Assembly: GCA_965198175.1 (NCBI GenBank)
Contig: OZ240245.1
Coordinates: forward strand, 576,001-640,000
Length of the DNA stretch: 64,000 nt
Reading direction: 5' to 3'
Source: Candidatus Poribacteria bacterium
Lineage (GTDB): Bacteria > Poribacteria > WGA-4E > PCPOR2b
In this document: positions 46,727-56,299 of the stretch, one piece after another
Position numbering within the stretch: the first letter of the stretch is position 1
How the letters are laid out: each line of letters begins with the position of its first letter
Program-made: the position numbers and the translations under genes
Notes under the pieces: generated by a model
The model's database searches: none
What the model was told of the DNA's origin: nothing
What the model saw: only the letters and a program-made list of their open reading frames with translations

Positions 46727-47803
46727 TCAACAATATTTATTGATGTCCCATTTTTCGTCATTCTTGTAGGCTTGGTGGATTTTTTCTATTGTGAGGTGGT
46801 GAATTTCAAAAAGCTTTACAATAATCTCTACCCAATTCTCCTGATAGACATAATTCATATTGACTGAATCGTAATGACAATATTTAGTATTGGTATTCTC
46901 CGGGTTTGGATCTTTCCCAGGCGGTCTAACTGAGAACACGGTATAAAGGCATCTATGATGGTGTAGGTTGAAATCAAGCCGGGTTGCTTCTTTTACTTTT
47001 TCTACGACCTTGCCGGGAAGGAATTTGCCAGCATTCTTTGCTTCTACCAATACTTTCTTGTCTTTAATAATACCCGTGATTTGCGAATGCATCACTGGAT
47101 CGAGTTCATCCAATCGAACAAATTCGACACTCAGATCGCCTCGTTTCGTGTTGGAGATTTTCGGAGTGGGAATTAGCTTAATCCAATATTCGCGAGAATT
47201 CAAGACCTCTTGACTAAGATTAGATCGATAATCTTCGATGTAATTCTGGATTTCTCCCATTTCCGCAGACAATACGTTTTTGCTCGCCTGTTCTTGTTCT
47301 CTCGTGCGCATATGTGAAAATTGTAGTGAAAAAGCCAGACTCTCGTTAATTGCGTATTCACTACCAAACAAGCCGATCAAAAGATTTTCGTAATTGAATA
47401 GAAAAGCTTGACATTCTTCAAAGATTGAAGTATCCACCTCTCTTTCTGCTACGTTGTGGTGTTCTATTTTGTTTCTTAGCCCGATGAAAAACTGGAGGTT
47501 AGCCTTGACTGCCTCGCTAAGGCTTCCGTATCTTTCGTATTTATTGATGCAGGTTTTGAGGTCCCATGCCTTTTGTTGTCCATCAATATATTGATAACGC
47601 CCTCTTTCCTTGTAATAATACCTATTGCCTATTGTTTTATTGAAGTACGCATGGAATAGCCTTGTCCAAGCGATAATCATCAATACGATGTAGGCTTGGC
47701 TGCGAAACGTTGTACGAGGCTTGTTGTAGACCTCAACAGCTAACAGTGCGGCCTCAATAGAGCCTTCAAGTAAGATTTTGGTTTTTCCACGCCTCAATTT
47801 CAT
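46727..47803 (-). CDS. DUF3644 domain protein
   Basis: 'AALLAVEVYNKP...IAW..LFHA', 'LRNKIEH' (RxxxxH, HEPN-like), 'YCHYD'. Confidence 0.75.
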   Translation of the reverse strand: MKLRRGKTKILLEGSIEAALLAVEVYNKPRTTFRSQAYIVLMIIAWTRLFHAYFNKTIGNRYYYKERGRYQYIDGQQKAWDLKTCINKYERYGSLSEAVKANLQFFIGLRNKIEHHNVAEREVDTSIFEECQAFLFNYENLLIGLFGSEYAINESLAFSLQFSHMRTREQEQASKNVLSAEMGEIQNYIEDYRSNLSQEVLNSREYWIKLIPTPKISNTKRGDLSVEFVRLDELDPVMHSQITGIIKDKKVLVEAKNAGKFLPGKVVEKVKEATRLDFNLHHHRCLYTVFSVRPPGKDPNPENTNTKYCHYDSVNMNYVYQENWVEIIVKLFEIHHLTIEKIHQAYKNDEKWDINKYC

Positions 47804-47888
47804 GTTGGTTCGCACAGTTGACGTTTTGAATTTGGAGCCAATCACCGTTCCCTAGATTACATATGAGAAAACGAAGAAAGCGTAATTC

Positions 47889-50800
47889 TTACAACTCTTG
47901 ATTGCTGATGATGTCGCTCGCGCAGACAATCACACTCTCCTCAGGTTTGCCAATTTCTTTTGCGTAGGGATTTTGGCAACGGTACAACTTCGGACTGCCT
48001 GACTCACAGTGATAGACCGTGTAGAGCCAGTAGCGATTCTGATGGTTTTCGGCTTGGCGCCATTCATTCCTCGTCAATTTGACATTCCCCATCCCAGTCC
48101 GCCCTTTGACCTCAATATAACGAATTTCGCCATCTGGACGCTTGGATTCCAAATCGAATCCTTTCTTGAGGCTTGGATTAGACACATCATCCACCTCGGC
48201 GCCGTGCTCATGTTCATATTCGATTACAGTTTGGAGCGCGATTGCCTCAGCGTCATGTGTTGACTGGATTGTGGTCTCGTCTAGTGCAGGCGGTACGACA
48301 AGGGCACGTAGATAGATGATTACCGAACCCAATTGCGTGTTTTCAATTTCCTCAATCAGACTAGCTTCAAGCGCGGCGCGTTTTGTAGTAAGTTGGGCAA
48401 GTTCCTGTTCGCAATTGTTCAGTTTCGTTTGAGCCGCAGGAATGGCTCGGGCGACGGCGTCTTTGAGTTTAACCCGCTGATTGAGAAGCTCTGACAGTCT
48501 TAATTTATTTGAGATTTGGATCTGTTTTTTCTTGTGCTCCAACTGCGACTGAAGACGTTCGCGGATGCCAGAAAGCTTAGGATTACCTAGTTTTTCTGCG
48601 ACGAAGGTTTTAACGGGTTGCACAACTTCGGCAAGGTCAACCCATTCGCGGGAGATTGGTGAGTCGTCATCCGTTTGCGGTGTTAACGTTAACAATAGAT
48701 GGGCAGGCGTAGACTCACAACTTCCATCCGAAAACCGTTTAACGCCGGCAAGCACTTCGTCGAGGACGCGAGGTTCATGATCGCCGTGTCGCAGCACCGG
48801 CACTCCTACTAAATAAAATAGATACGGTTTGTCTGTCTGGGGATCGGTGTACACCGCCCCGCGATATCCTTCATCGTCAAATTCTCCCAAGAAGAGGGAC
48901 AAAACCGACTCAAAGATTGGTTCGCCGGGGTGGAGGTAAATCGCCTGCGGCTGATTGGATTCAGTGGGCAGCGCAAGCGCTTTCGAGAAGGTCAATCGGT
49001 CTCGCAGTTGCGTGGGATATTTCTCAATGGCAATTTGCACCGATGGCGGGCAATACGATAGTTTGAAAATATCCTTTACATCACCATCAATCTCGTATCC
49101 GACCAACGGGGCGGCGTCTTGAAAGAACCCTCGCACATAAGCCGGCATCATACGCAACGTTTCGGCGGATTCTCTGCGCTTCTGAACTCCAGCGAGTAGG
49201 CGTCTGACCTCGCTACTCGTGACCAATTTCTGCTGAGTTTTGAGTTGATTCTTGATGTTTTCAGAAGTGAATTGCGCATTGATGATTTGAATCACGGCAT
49301 CGGCTTGATTCCCCGTGATGGCTTGCTCAATTAGCTTGGGCAAAGAGATTTCACTGAGTTGTTGACCGACGACATCGAAGACCTTGTCGTCGTTTAATTC
49401 CTGGCGCATCCGTTCCAATTTCTCTAGCAGGACTTTCAACACACGTCCCTCACGTGTGTCTTGGGCAACGAGATTTAAAAGAACTACCGTGTGCCGCTGC
49501 TTGTAGCGGTGGATGCGTCCCATCCGCTGTTCAAGCCGCGCCGGGTTCCACGGAATATCGTAGTTGACCATTAGCCAACAAAATTGAAGATTAATTCCTT
49601 CCCCGGCTGCATCGGTTGCGACAAGATATTGCGCCCCGTTCGGGTCGCGAAAGGACTCAACTTGCTTTTCGCGTTCCTCATATTTCATACCGCCGTGAAT
49701 TTGGGCGACCCTTCCGGTAAAACCTAGAGCTTCCAGGCGTCCGATGACAAAGACCAGCGTGTCCCGGTGCTCGGTGAAAATAATAACCTTTTCGTCTGGA
49801 TATGCTTCTAATGCGTCCCACAGTTTCTGAAACTTACTTTCAGTCTTCAGGTCGTAAACCTTCCTCGCCAAATTCGTGAGCGATTGAACACGGACGATTT
49901 CCTCTTCTAAATCCTCGATTGATCTAGCACTCGTTGCCTCAGCAAGTTCATCATCAATCTGTTCAGCTTCCTCATGACCATCAATGATTTCCTCCTCATC
50001 ACCGGTTTTGTCCTCTCTGACGTCAGTTGTTGGGATTTTAGCTTGCCTTTCGTCTAGCGATTCCAACGACAATCGCGCCTCGCGGAGGTCGCGTAGGGTG
50101 GTTTGAAGTTTTCCCTCACGTCTGATAAGGCTCTGCCACAGTGCGTAAGTTGAACTGGCAAGCCGCCGCTGAAGCACCATCATCGCCATCTTTGCCGCCG
50201 ACCGGTTGTATTGTCCGGCGAGATCAAAGTAATTTTCACAATAGTCGGTAACTTCATCGTACAGCGACTGTTCGCTGGTTTCGCCGCGTTTCAGGGGATA
50301 GGCAATCGTTCGACTCATCCGAGGCGGGTAAATGAGTTTTTCGTCAAAAGTAATCATCTCCTCCTTCATGCGGCGGAGTAGATGTTTCGCCCTCTCTCCG
50401 TCGCCCAACCGATGAAACGCCTTTTGTGCTGCGAGTTGGTCCGGCAATAGCAGCCGCCAAAGAAAGTAGTAGGCGTCGTTTTTCCCCATGTGGGGTGTTG
50501 CCGTAAGTAGTAAGAGACTATTTCCGAGCGCAGCAACCCGTTCGGCAAGTTCATATCGCTTTGATTTATCAACCGTACCGTCACTCTCGAATCGTGCCGA
50601 CAACTTGTGGGCTTCATCGAAGACAATCAACTCGTAAGGCGGCGCTTCAAAGAGGCATTCCTGCATACGCTCTTGTCTCAACGTGTCGAGGCTCACGATG
50701 GCTAGGTTGTTCTCTGAGTTGAGAAAAGGGTTGGCGTCTGCGCAATCGGTGCTTGATAGAATGCGAAAACTGAGACGGAAAAAGACACGCAATTCACGCT

Positions 50801-51308
50801 TCCAGTTCCCAATCAACCCCGCGGGCGGCACAATCAGCACCCGTTCCACCTGCCGGCGCAGTAACAGTTCTTGGATGTAAAGCCCCGTCATAATAGTTTT
50901 CCCGGCGCCAGCATCGTCAGCCAACAGGAAACGCAACGGGATATGTTTTAGCAGATGGTCGTACACCGCGATGAATTGGTGCGGCAGCGGATCAATGAGC
51001 GATGTTTCTGTGGCAAAGATAGGATTGAACAGGTAGGCGTGTCGGAGGCGATGGGCTTCAGCAACAAGTCTTACCGTGTTCGGATCAGCCCGAAATACAC
51101 CAGATACAACCTCGAAACGCGATTGTAGCTCCGCGATGGAATAGGTAAACGGTTCATCCTCGGTCTGAAAGTAGAGTCGGACAAACGAATCGTGCCGGTC
51201 AACTCGACGAATTACTTTCTCGTTTTTTTGATGCCTATCAATTAGACATACGCCGGGTTGGAGAACGTCGAGATCGATTGTCTGTGTTTCAATCGGTACG
51301 GGATTCAT
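47889..51308 (-). CDS. SNF2-family helicase with C-terminal DUF3883 nuclease-like domain
   Basis: 'LLADDAGAGKT', 'DEAH', 'TATPH', 'LEQRMGRIHRY', 'GFDLES...YIEVKG'. Confidence 0.9.
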   Translation of the reverse strand: MNPVPIETQTIDLDVLQPGVCLIDRHQKNEKVIRRVDRHDSFVRLYFQTEDEPFTYSIAELQSRFEVVSGVFRADPNTVRLVAEAHRLRHAYLFNPIFATETSLIDPLPHQFIAVYDHLLKHIPLRFLLADDAGAGKTIMTGLYIQELLLRRQVERVLIVPPAGLIGNWKRELRVFFRLSFRILSSTDCADANPFLNSENNLAIVSLDTLRQERMQECLFEAPPYELIVFDEAHKLSARFESDGTVDKSKRYELAERVAALGNSLLLLTATPHMGKNDAYYFLWRLLLPDQLAAQKAFHRLGDGERAKHLLRRMKEEMITFDEKLIYPPRMSRTIAYPLKRGETSEQSLYDEVTDYCENYFDLAGQYNRSAAKMAMMVLQRRLASSTYALWQSLIRREGKLQTTLRDLREARLSLESLDERQAKIPTTDVREDKTGDEEEIIDGHEEAEQIDDELAEATSARSIEDLEEEIVRVQSLTNLARKVYDLKTESKFQKLWDALEAYPDEKVIIFTEHRDTLVFVIGRLEALGFTGRVAQIHGGMKYEEREKQVESFRDPNGAQYLVATDAAGEGINLQFCWLMVNYDIPWNPARLEQRMGRIHRYKQRHTVVLLNLVAQDTREGRVLKVLLEKLERMRQELNDDKVFDVVGQQLSEISLPKLIEQAITGNQADAVIQIINAQFTSENIKNQLKTQQKLVTSSEVRRLLAGVQKRRESAETLRMMPAYVRGFFQDAAPLVGYEIDGDVKDIFKLSYCPPSVQIAIEKYPTQLRDRLTFSKALALPTESNQPQAIYLHPGEPIFESVLSLFLGEFDDEGYRGAVYTDPQTDKPYLFYLVGVPVLRHGDHEPRVLDEVLAGVKRFSDGSCESTPAHLLLTLTPQTDDDSPISREWVDLAEVVQPVKTFVAEKLGNPKLSGIRERLQSQLEHKKKQIQISNKLRLSELLNQRVKLKDAVARAIPAAQTKLNNCEQELAQLTTKRAALEASLIEEIENTQLGSVIIYLRALVVPPALDETTIQSTHDAEAIALQTVIEYEHEHGAEVDDVSNPSLKKGFDLESKRPDGEIRYIEVKGRTGMGNVKLTRNEWRQAENHQNRYWLYTVYHCESGSPKLYRCQNPYAKEIGKPEESVIVCASDIISNQEL

Positions 51309-51373
51309 TGTTGTTTTCCGCGTAGATATAAAAGATTACGCCCATTCTAACACATAGGATTCGGCTCTGTTCA

Positions 51374-51985
51374 TTACCGGTTAGCAAATGTTTTTCGCAA
51401 TTCGTCGAGGAGGTAAACGATGCCTCGGTAGCACTTGTCGAACGAATCCGCGTGACGCGCACGGTCGAGGTCAAAGCGTGCTGTGAGCGCGGGTTGATCG
51501 AGTGTTTCACGATACGTTTCGCCGCTCTCCATCCGCTGTTTCAACCACCCCTTTGCAGCACGGATTGCCTCCGGATTGTCCGGGGATTGGAGATCGCTTT
51601 TTAACCCCCTTTGTCCCTGGAGCGACTCGGCTGCTGCAAGAAACCACGACTCGAATTCGTGTTTTGCCAAGACGACGGCAATTGGCAGATCGCTGCGAAC
51701 TTGTAGCGCGCGGCAAAGCAGTTCTGGTCCGAGTTGCGCGGGGCAGTCATCGTCGCTGTCTAGGATAATAAAAATACCACCTTGGCTCGTGATATTCCGA
51801 GCTGCTAATTCGACCCCTCGTTCAAGTTCACCCTCCTTAACAACTTTATTCTTGGGAATGCGGATGGGGCGCAGCGTGTCAATTAGCAGTTCTGGATAAA
51901 GACTTGCAGCGATTCGTCTAATCAGTATTGGGACAGCCTCCACCTCGCTATGTCCCTCGACAATGCAACCAATTTGGACTGTCAT
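51374..51985 (-). CDS. DUF4276 family protein (TOPRIM-like)
   Basis: 'IVEGHSE', 'LDSDDDCP', 'EFESWFLA', 'SFDK'. Confidence 0.8.
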   Translation of the reverse strand: MTVQIGCIVEGHSEVEAVPILIRRIAASLYPELLIDTLRPIRIPKNKVVKEGELERGVELAARNITSQGGIFIILDSDDDCPAQLGPELLCRALQVRSDLPIAVVLAKHEFESWFLAAAESLQGQRGLKSDLQSPDNPEAIRAAKGWLKQRMESGETYRETLDQPALTARFDLDRARHADSFDKCYRGIVYLLDELRKTFANR

Positions 51986-53229
51986 TTTCGCTTTTCTGTC
52001 TTCTTTGATCGGTTGGAATTTTTCCTCTCGAAATCGAACAGTTGGAGTTGTCTCGCCTTTGCAGCGTTGACAGATGCCGGATCGGGTTGCAATTGATTGA
52101 GGCGTAGGAGTTCCCCAGTTGTATACAGTCGATCGCGTACGGCAGACCTTCCTGTCTCGTCCACACGGGCGATCGCCGTAGTGCCGCCACGTGCTTCGAC
52201 CGCGAGAATCGACTCTGAATCAAGGTTCTTGTCATCAAGCAAGTCGGGACTGTGGCTGGTGATAATAATCTGTGTGTTATCGGCTGCGTCCCGAAGTCCA
52301 TCGAGCAACACGCCTGCCGCTGCTGGGTGAAGCGCGATTTCGGGCTCTTCAATTCCCACGAGCAGCACGCGTTTTTTCGAATCGTGGCTCCCTTGAAACA
52401 GCGCGACAAGAATACCCAACACGCGGAGGGTGCCATCAGACATGTTGTTTGCGAGAAATCGCCATTGGTGCTTTGCGCCTGCGACGCCCTGCCGGAACTG
52501 TAACGTCTCCTTGGGTCCAAACTTTTTGACCTGTACCTCATGCACGCCAGGGACAACCTTCGCTAGATATTCCTCTATACGTCCCCTTACGGAGGGTGAA
52601 AGCTGGGCAAGGACACTTGCAAGGTTGCTCCCGTCACGAATAAGCAGGTCACCCGGATCGGGGGCTTGAAGATCTCGGATTTTATCGGGGTTGAGACTAT
52701 AAAATCCCATCTGGGAAATGGCTTCGTAGACGGGACGAAATTCTTTCAGCCCGGAGGCGTTTACCAGATAAAGCCGATCCGTTGTAGCAGCCGGTGCGAC
52801 CTTAACGCTCGTCTCGGTCACCGTGCCATTCTCAACATGAAAGTATTCTTCGTGGATAGGAATTTGCAGACTAGAAACTCTGCACTCTTCCCTCTGAACT
52901 TCGTATCCTCCCGGTGGTCGATCGCCGATGCAGAATGTGTAGTGTCCGGTAGAGTTTTCAGGCAAGGTGAAATCGAGACGAATGCTGATACGGTATGGAC
53001 GACCGCGGAATCGGCGCCGGACATCGTTAATGCCCCCTCGATCACGTATGGCGTGGTCTAGCGATGAATTCAACGCATCGGCGACGAATCGCAGAGAGTC
53101 GAGAAAATTGCTCTTTCCTGCGCCGTTGGGACCCACGAGGAACGTCAATGGGCGCAGCCGCACATCGCACCCGGCGATGCTCTTATAGTTTTTTAGGGCA
53201 ACCCTTGTGATAAACGTTGAATCGTTCAT
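51982..53229 (-). CDS. AAA_21 / ABC-type ATPase
   Basis: 'GPNGAGKSN', 'MSDGT', 'IEEPE..LHP', 'TSHSP'. Overlaps the DUF4276 start. Confidence 0.88.
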   Translation of the reverse strand: MNDSTFITRVALKNYKSIAGCDVRLRPLTFLVGPNGAGKSNFLDSLRFVADALNSSLDHAIRDRGGINDVRRRFRGRPYRISIRLDFTLPENSTGHYTFCIGDRPPGGYEVQREECRVSSLQIPIHEEYFHVENGTVTETSVKVAPAATTDRLYLVNASGLKEFRPVYEAISQMGFYSLNPDKIRDLQAPDPGDLLIRDGSNLASVLAQLSPSVRGRIEEYLAKVVPGVHEVQVKKFGPKETLQFRQGVAGAKHQWRFLANNMSDGTLRVLGILVALFQGSHDSKKRVLLVGIEEPEIALHPAAAGVLLDGLRDAADNTQIIITSHSPDLLDDKNLDSESILAVEARGGTTAIARVDETGRSAVRDRLYTTGELLRLNQLQPDPASVNAAKARQLQLFDFERKNSNRSKKTEKRK

Positions 53230-53230
53230 G

Positions 53231-53299
53231 TCAGTGTTCCAATCGTACCTTATAGCGCAACCAGCGATCCATTTCTATCAATCGATCAGTCGCGTTCAT
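53231..53299 (-). pseudogene. Probable N-terminal stub of a HEPN gene
   Basis: ATG overlaps the MNT end. MNATDRLIEMDRWLRY resembles HEPN N-termini (W..A..DL) and then stops. Confidence 0.4.
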
Positions 53300-53609
53300 A
53301 TAGTATCTCCCCTTCGTGCTGGGCGTAGCGCAACACCGAGCTGCCCCAATCTCGCTTGCGCTCAAGCTCTTCCGGCGTTGAAACAATGATATCTTTAGGC
53401 ACTGGCATGTCTTTAAGGACTCGTCGAATCTCAATCGCTGCTTTTCGCTTGTCGGCACATTCGGAGAAGACTACGAGCAGATCTACATCGCTATGCGGAT
53501 GCGCCTCGCCGCGCGCATGCGAACCGAAGAGAATAATTTGCTTGGGATGAAAGTCTCGCACGATGCGATTTGTCATGGTTGCGATGTGATCGTTATTATT
53601 TATCTCCAT
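53286..53609 (-). CDS. Minimal nucleotidyltransferase (MNT)
   Basis: 'IILFGSHARGE...SDVDLLVV', 'EGEILYE'. Confidence 0.88.
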   Translation of the reverse strand: MEINNNDHIATMTNRIVRDFHPKQIILFGSHARGEAHPHSDVDLLVVFSECADKRKAAIEIRRVLKDMPVPKDIIVSTPEELERKRDWGSSVLRYAQHEGEILYERD

Positions 53610-53814
53610 TTTGTTTACTTTCATTCTTGAGGGGATCGTCTTTTGTTAATTCGCCATTCGGCAGTTCGTAGTAGATGTGCCCATTGTAAGAGTACACATT
53701 TGGAATGCCTCTTTTGCGATTCTCTTCCTGCGCTTTTTTGACGGCGCGATTGCCGATTCGCAGTAGTTCACGTGTGCGTTTGTAGGTCTCAGGGCTTAAT
53801 TCGTCTTGACTCAT
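53596..53814 (-). CDS. Small protein coupled to the zeta-like kinase (putative antitoxin)
   Basis: GGAGG RBS; 'AVKKAQEENRKRGIPNVY'; overlaps both neighbours. Confidence 0.65.
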   Translation of the reverse strand: MSQDELSPETYKRTRELLRIGNRAVKKAQEENRKRGIPNVYSYNGHIYYELPNGELTKDDPLKNESKQNGDK

Positions 53815-54397
53815 TGTGTGCCTCCATTTCAAGGTCTTGCATAAACAGTTCAAAGCAATCTTCGTTTGTCACCGTGATTCGATCGCCCGCCCCAGCGGCG
53901 ACATCCTGAAGATGCTCTCCAGAATTATAGAACAAATCCCACTTGTCAACCAGCTTTTTGTAGGTGTACCAAAAGTTATGCTTGCTCCGGTAGAATCGAC
54001 GCACGATGTCTTCCGCTGGTACATGGTGACCCCCTGCCATCACTCGATTTCGCACACGAGTGATGCACATATCGGGGGATTTGAGAAAAAGAAAGATGAT
54101 TTCCACGGTGTATCCAGCGCGTTTCAATTGGCGGGTTATCCGCTCAAACCCCTTTCCCGCGAGGGTTACTTCTACGGCGAAATCTTTTTCCGCTTTAATA
54201 AGACGTTGGATTTCCGCAAAAAATAGACGGCCCGCTTGAATTTTAGCTTTGTCGAAGTCCTCTGGTGTGGATACCAGTTTTCCCGCTAGCGCGTCGGCAC
54301 TGATGTATTCAACATCTGAATCGCGGAGATATTCGAATGCAAACGTCGTTTTGCCCGATCCGTTGGGTCCCGTGATGACTGTCACACGTTTTGACAA
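53789..54397 (-). CDS. Zeta-toxin-like P-loop kinase/ATPase
   Basis: 'GPNGSGKTT', 'ISAD', 'RVRNRVMAGGHHVP..DIVRRF'. Confidence 0.82.
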   Translation of the reverse strand: MSKRVTVITGPNGSGKTTFAFEYLRDSDVEYISADALAGKLVSTPEDFDKAKIQAGRLFFAEIQRLIKAEKDFAVEVTLAGKGFERITRQLKRAGYTVEIIFLFLKSPDMCITRVRNRVMAGGHHVPAEDIVRRFYRSKHNFWYTYKKLVDKWDLFYNSGEHLQDVAAGAGDRITVTNEDCFELFMQDLEMEAHNESRRIKP

Positions 54398-54597
54398 GGT
54401 CCATCCTTTCTACCCTCCGATCGGTGGCTTCGGACGGTCAATCTTACGTCAAACCCGGTCTCAGTAATAACAACTCCCGTTGCGGTGTTCAATCTTGCGC
54501 ACTACCGCCGTTCGCTATTTTTCCTTGTTATTCTGCACAGGACGTGAATCCGCACAGCTTTGCACGGCGATATAGATTCATCGGGTGTACCGCCTTT

Positions 54598-55401
54598 TCA
54601 GCCATCCCACTCTCCCAAAAGTTCCTTGATTTTGCGCTCTATGTTTGGACTTCGCATCAACGACTCGCCGACCAGAATCGCGTTGACACCGGCTTCCTGC
54701 AGCGCTTCAACATCCTCGCGGGTATAGATGCCGCTTTCGCTCACGACAATTTTATCCGCTGGGATGGATTTAATCATGCGGAACGTGGTCCCGATGTCCG
54801 TCTCGAAGGTTTCGAGATTGCGGTTATTGACGCCGATGATTTCTGCGTCTGCCTGTAGCGCGAGCGCCAACTCTTCCTCGGTATGAACTTCGACGAGGCT
54901 GGCGAGATTTAGCGTTCGAGCGATTTGGATAAATTCGCGCAACTGTGCTAACGTCAAAATTGCGACAATCAGCAGAATTGCATCAGCACCGGCGAGGCGG
55001 GCTTGATAAATCTGATAAGGGTCGACCGTGAAATCTTTTCGCAGAAGCGGCAAGTCGACCGCACCGCGTATCGCGGTGAGATGCGTGAGATGACCGTCGA
55101 AAAATTGAGGATCTGTCAGCACAGAAACCGCCGAAACGCCCGCCTTTGCGTATGTTCTGGCAATCTCAGCCGGATCGAAATCCTCTCGGAGAACTCCTTT
55201 ACTTGGCGACTTTTTCTTAACTTCAGCGATCAGATTGAGGCGATTCGGGGTGGCTAGCGCGGACCGGAAATCCCGCGTGGGCGGCTGATCGCCAAGCTGC
55301 GCACTCAACTCGGCGAACGGGAGGCGGCGCTGATCTTGTTTGAGTTCCTTGAATTTGTGGTTGACAATGGTATCCAAGATGGACGGCTTTTCTTTACTCA
55401 T
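54598..55401 (-). CDS. trpC: Indole-3-glycerol phosphate synthase
   Basis: 'IAEVKKKSPSKG', 'SVLTD', 'LRKDF', 'GVNNRNL', 'SESGI', 'LVGESLM'. Confidence 0.96.
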   Translation of the reverse strand: MSKEKPSILDTIVNHKFKELKQDQRRLPFAELSAQLGDQPPTRDFRSALATPNRLNLIAEVKKKSPSKGVLREDFDPAEIARTYAKAGVSAVSVLTDPQFFDGHLTHLTAIRGAVDLPLLRKDFTVDPYQIYQARLAGADAILLIVAILTLAQLREFIQIARTLNLASLVEVHTEEELALALQADAEIIGVNNRNLETFETDIGTTFRMIKSIPADKIVVSESGIYTREDVEALQEAGVNAILVGESLMRSPNIERKIKELLGEWDG

Positions 55402-55677
55402 TCAGTTTCCCGATTCGTCTATCGCAGCTTCACTTTTTGCCTGATACTCACGATAAAGAGACTCGATACAGCCGCCGCAGAAACAGTAAACTCTGCTGTA
55501 CCCTCCGAGCTCTTTTTCCATCAGCTCGTCCACCGGAAATTCCTCATGACAGAGCGCGCACTCCTCCATGGCGATTTGTAGCGTTGGATCCTGCGTTTCA
55601 CGTCGTTTGGACACATTATGCAGAACAATCCAAACGACGAGGGGGATTACAATGAACGAAATGATAGGAATCAGCAT
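55402..55677 (-). CDS. Small membrane protein with CxxC...CxxC zinc site
   Basis: TM segment, CALC and CGGC; abuts trpC. Confidence 0.65.
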   Translation of the reverse strand: MLIPIISFIVIPLVVWIVLHNVSKRRETQDPTLQIAMEECALCHEEFPVDELMEKELGGYSRVYCFCGGCIESLYREYQAKSEAAIDESGN

Positions 55678-55703
55678 CGTTAATCGTCTCTAAGTAACAT
55701 ACT

Positions 55704-55827
55704 GCTCCGCTGGAGCGGAAGAGGGTTGTGAATGCCGTTTCTATAGACATGTCGCTCCGCTGGAGCGAAACCCTTCTAACCGCATTACGCCTATGTGAGC
55801 AACAATGTCTTGCGCTCCAGCGGAGCG
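55704..55827. repeat. Cluster of GCTCCGCTGGAGC palindromic repeats (another copy ~61080-61106)
   Basis: Copies at 55704, 55754 and, inverted, 55814. The 61081 copy also matches the flank (GCTCCAGCGGAGTGCTATGTTTATAG). Confidence 0.7.
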
Positions 55828-55983
55828 GTATGTGGATATTTGCGATAAATCGCTATTTCTAGGAAAGCATGATACGCTCTCATTGAGATGTGGGCAAAAG
55901 TAAGCCTTTCTTGTCGGGGGATATCTGAATTTGTGTAAATGCAAAAGGCTATAAGTCACAATTTTTTGATTTTCATTACAACA

Positions 55984-56173
55984 TAGGAGTTACACAGTTG
56001 AACGTCCAAAGGTTCGTAGTAGGGATCAACTGAGCGAATAGCAAAGGCGATAGAGTTCCCTCTTTATTGCCCGTTTTTACATAAAAAATATGTCAGGTGA
56101 CGTACAAAGAAGTGAACGACCTGCCGGACGCGCAATAAATTGCGCTACTACAAACTGAACTGCGTAAGTCCTA
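55984..56173. mobile_element. MITE with IS701-type ends
   Basis: TAGGAGTTACACAGTTGA ... TGAACTGCGTAAGTCCTA; ACA on both flanks. Confidence 0.75.
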
Positions 56174-56299
56174 ACAGCAGTTAATCCTAGTGAATAGTGC
56201 AAAATACACATACAATTGAAAAGAGGCAATCCACGCGGGTGCGCAAATTGCCCCTATTATCTTCTGCTGAATAGACTAACGGGTTGATTGGGTGACCGT

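Noticed and set aside
40032..51308. BREX or DISARM call
   Set aside because: No pglZ, brxA/B/L or drmA/B (DUF1998) recognisable.
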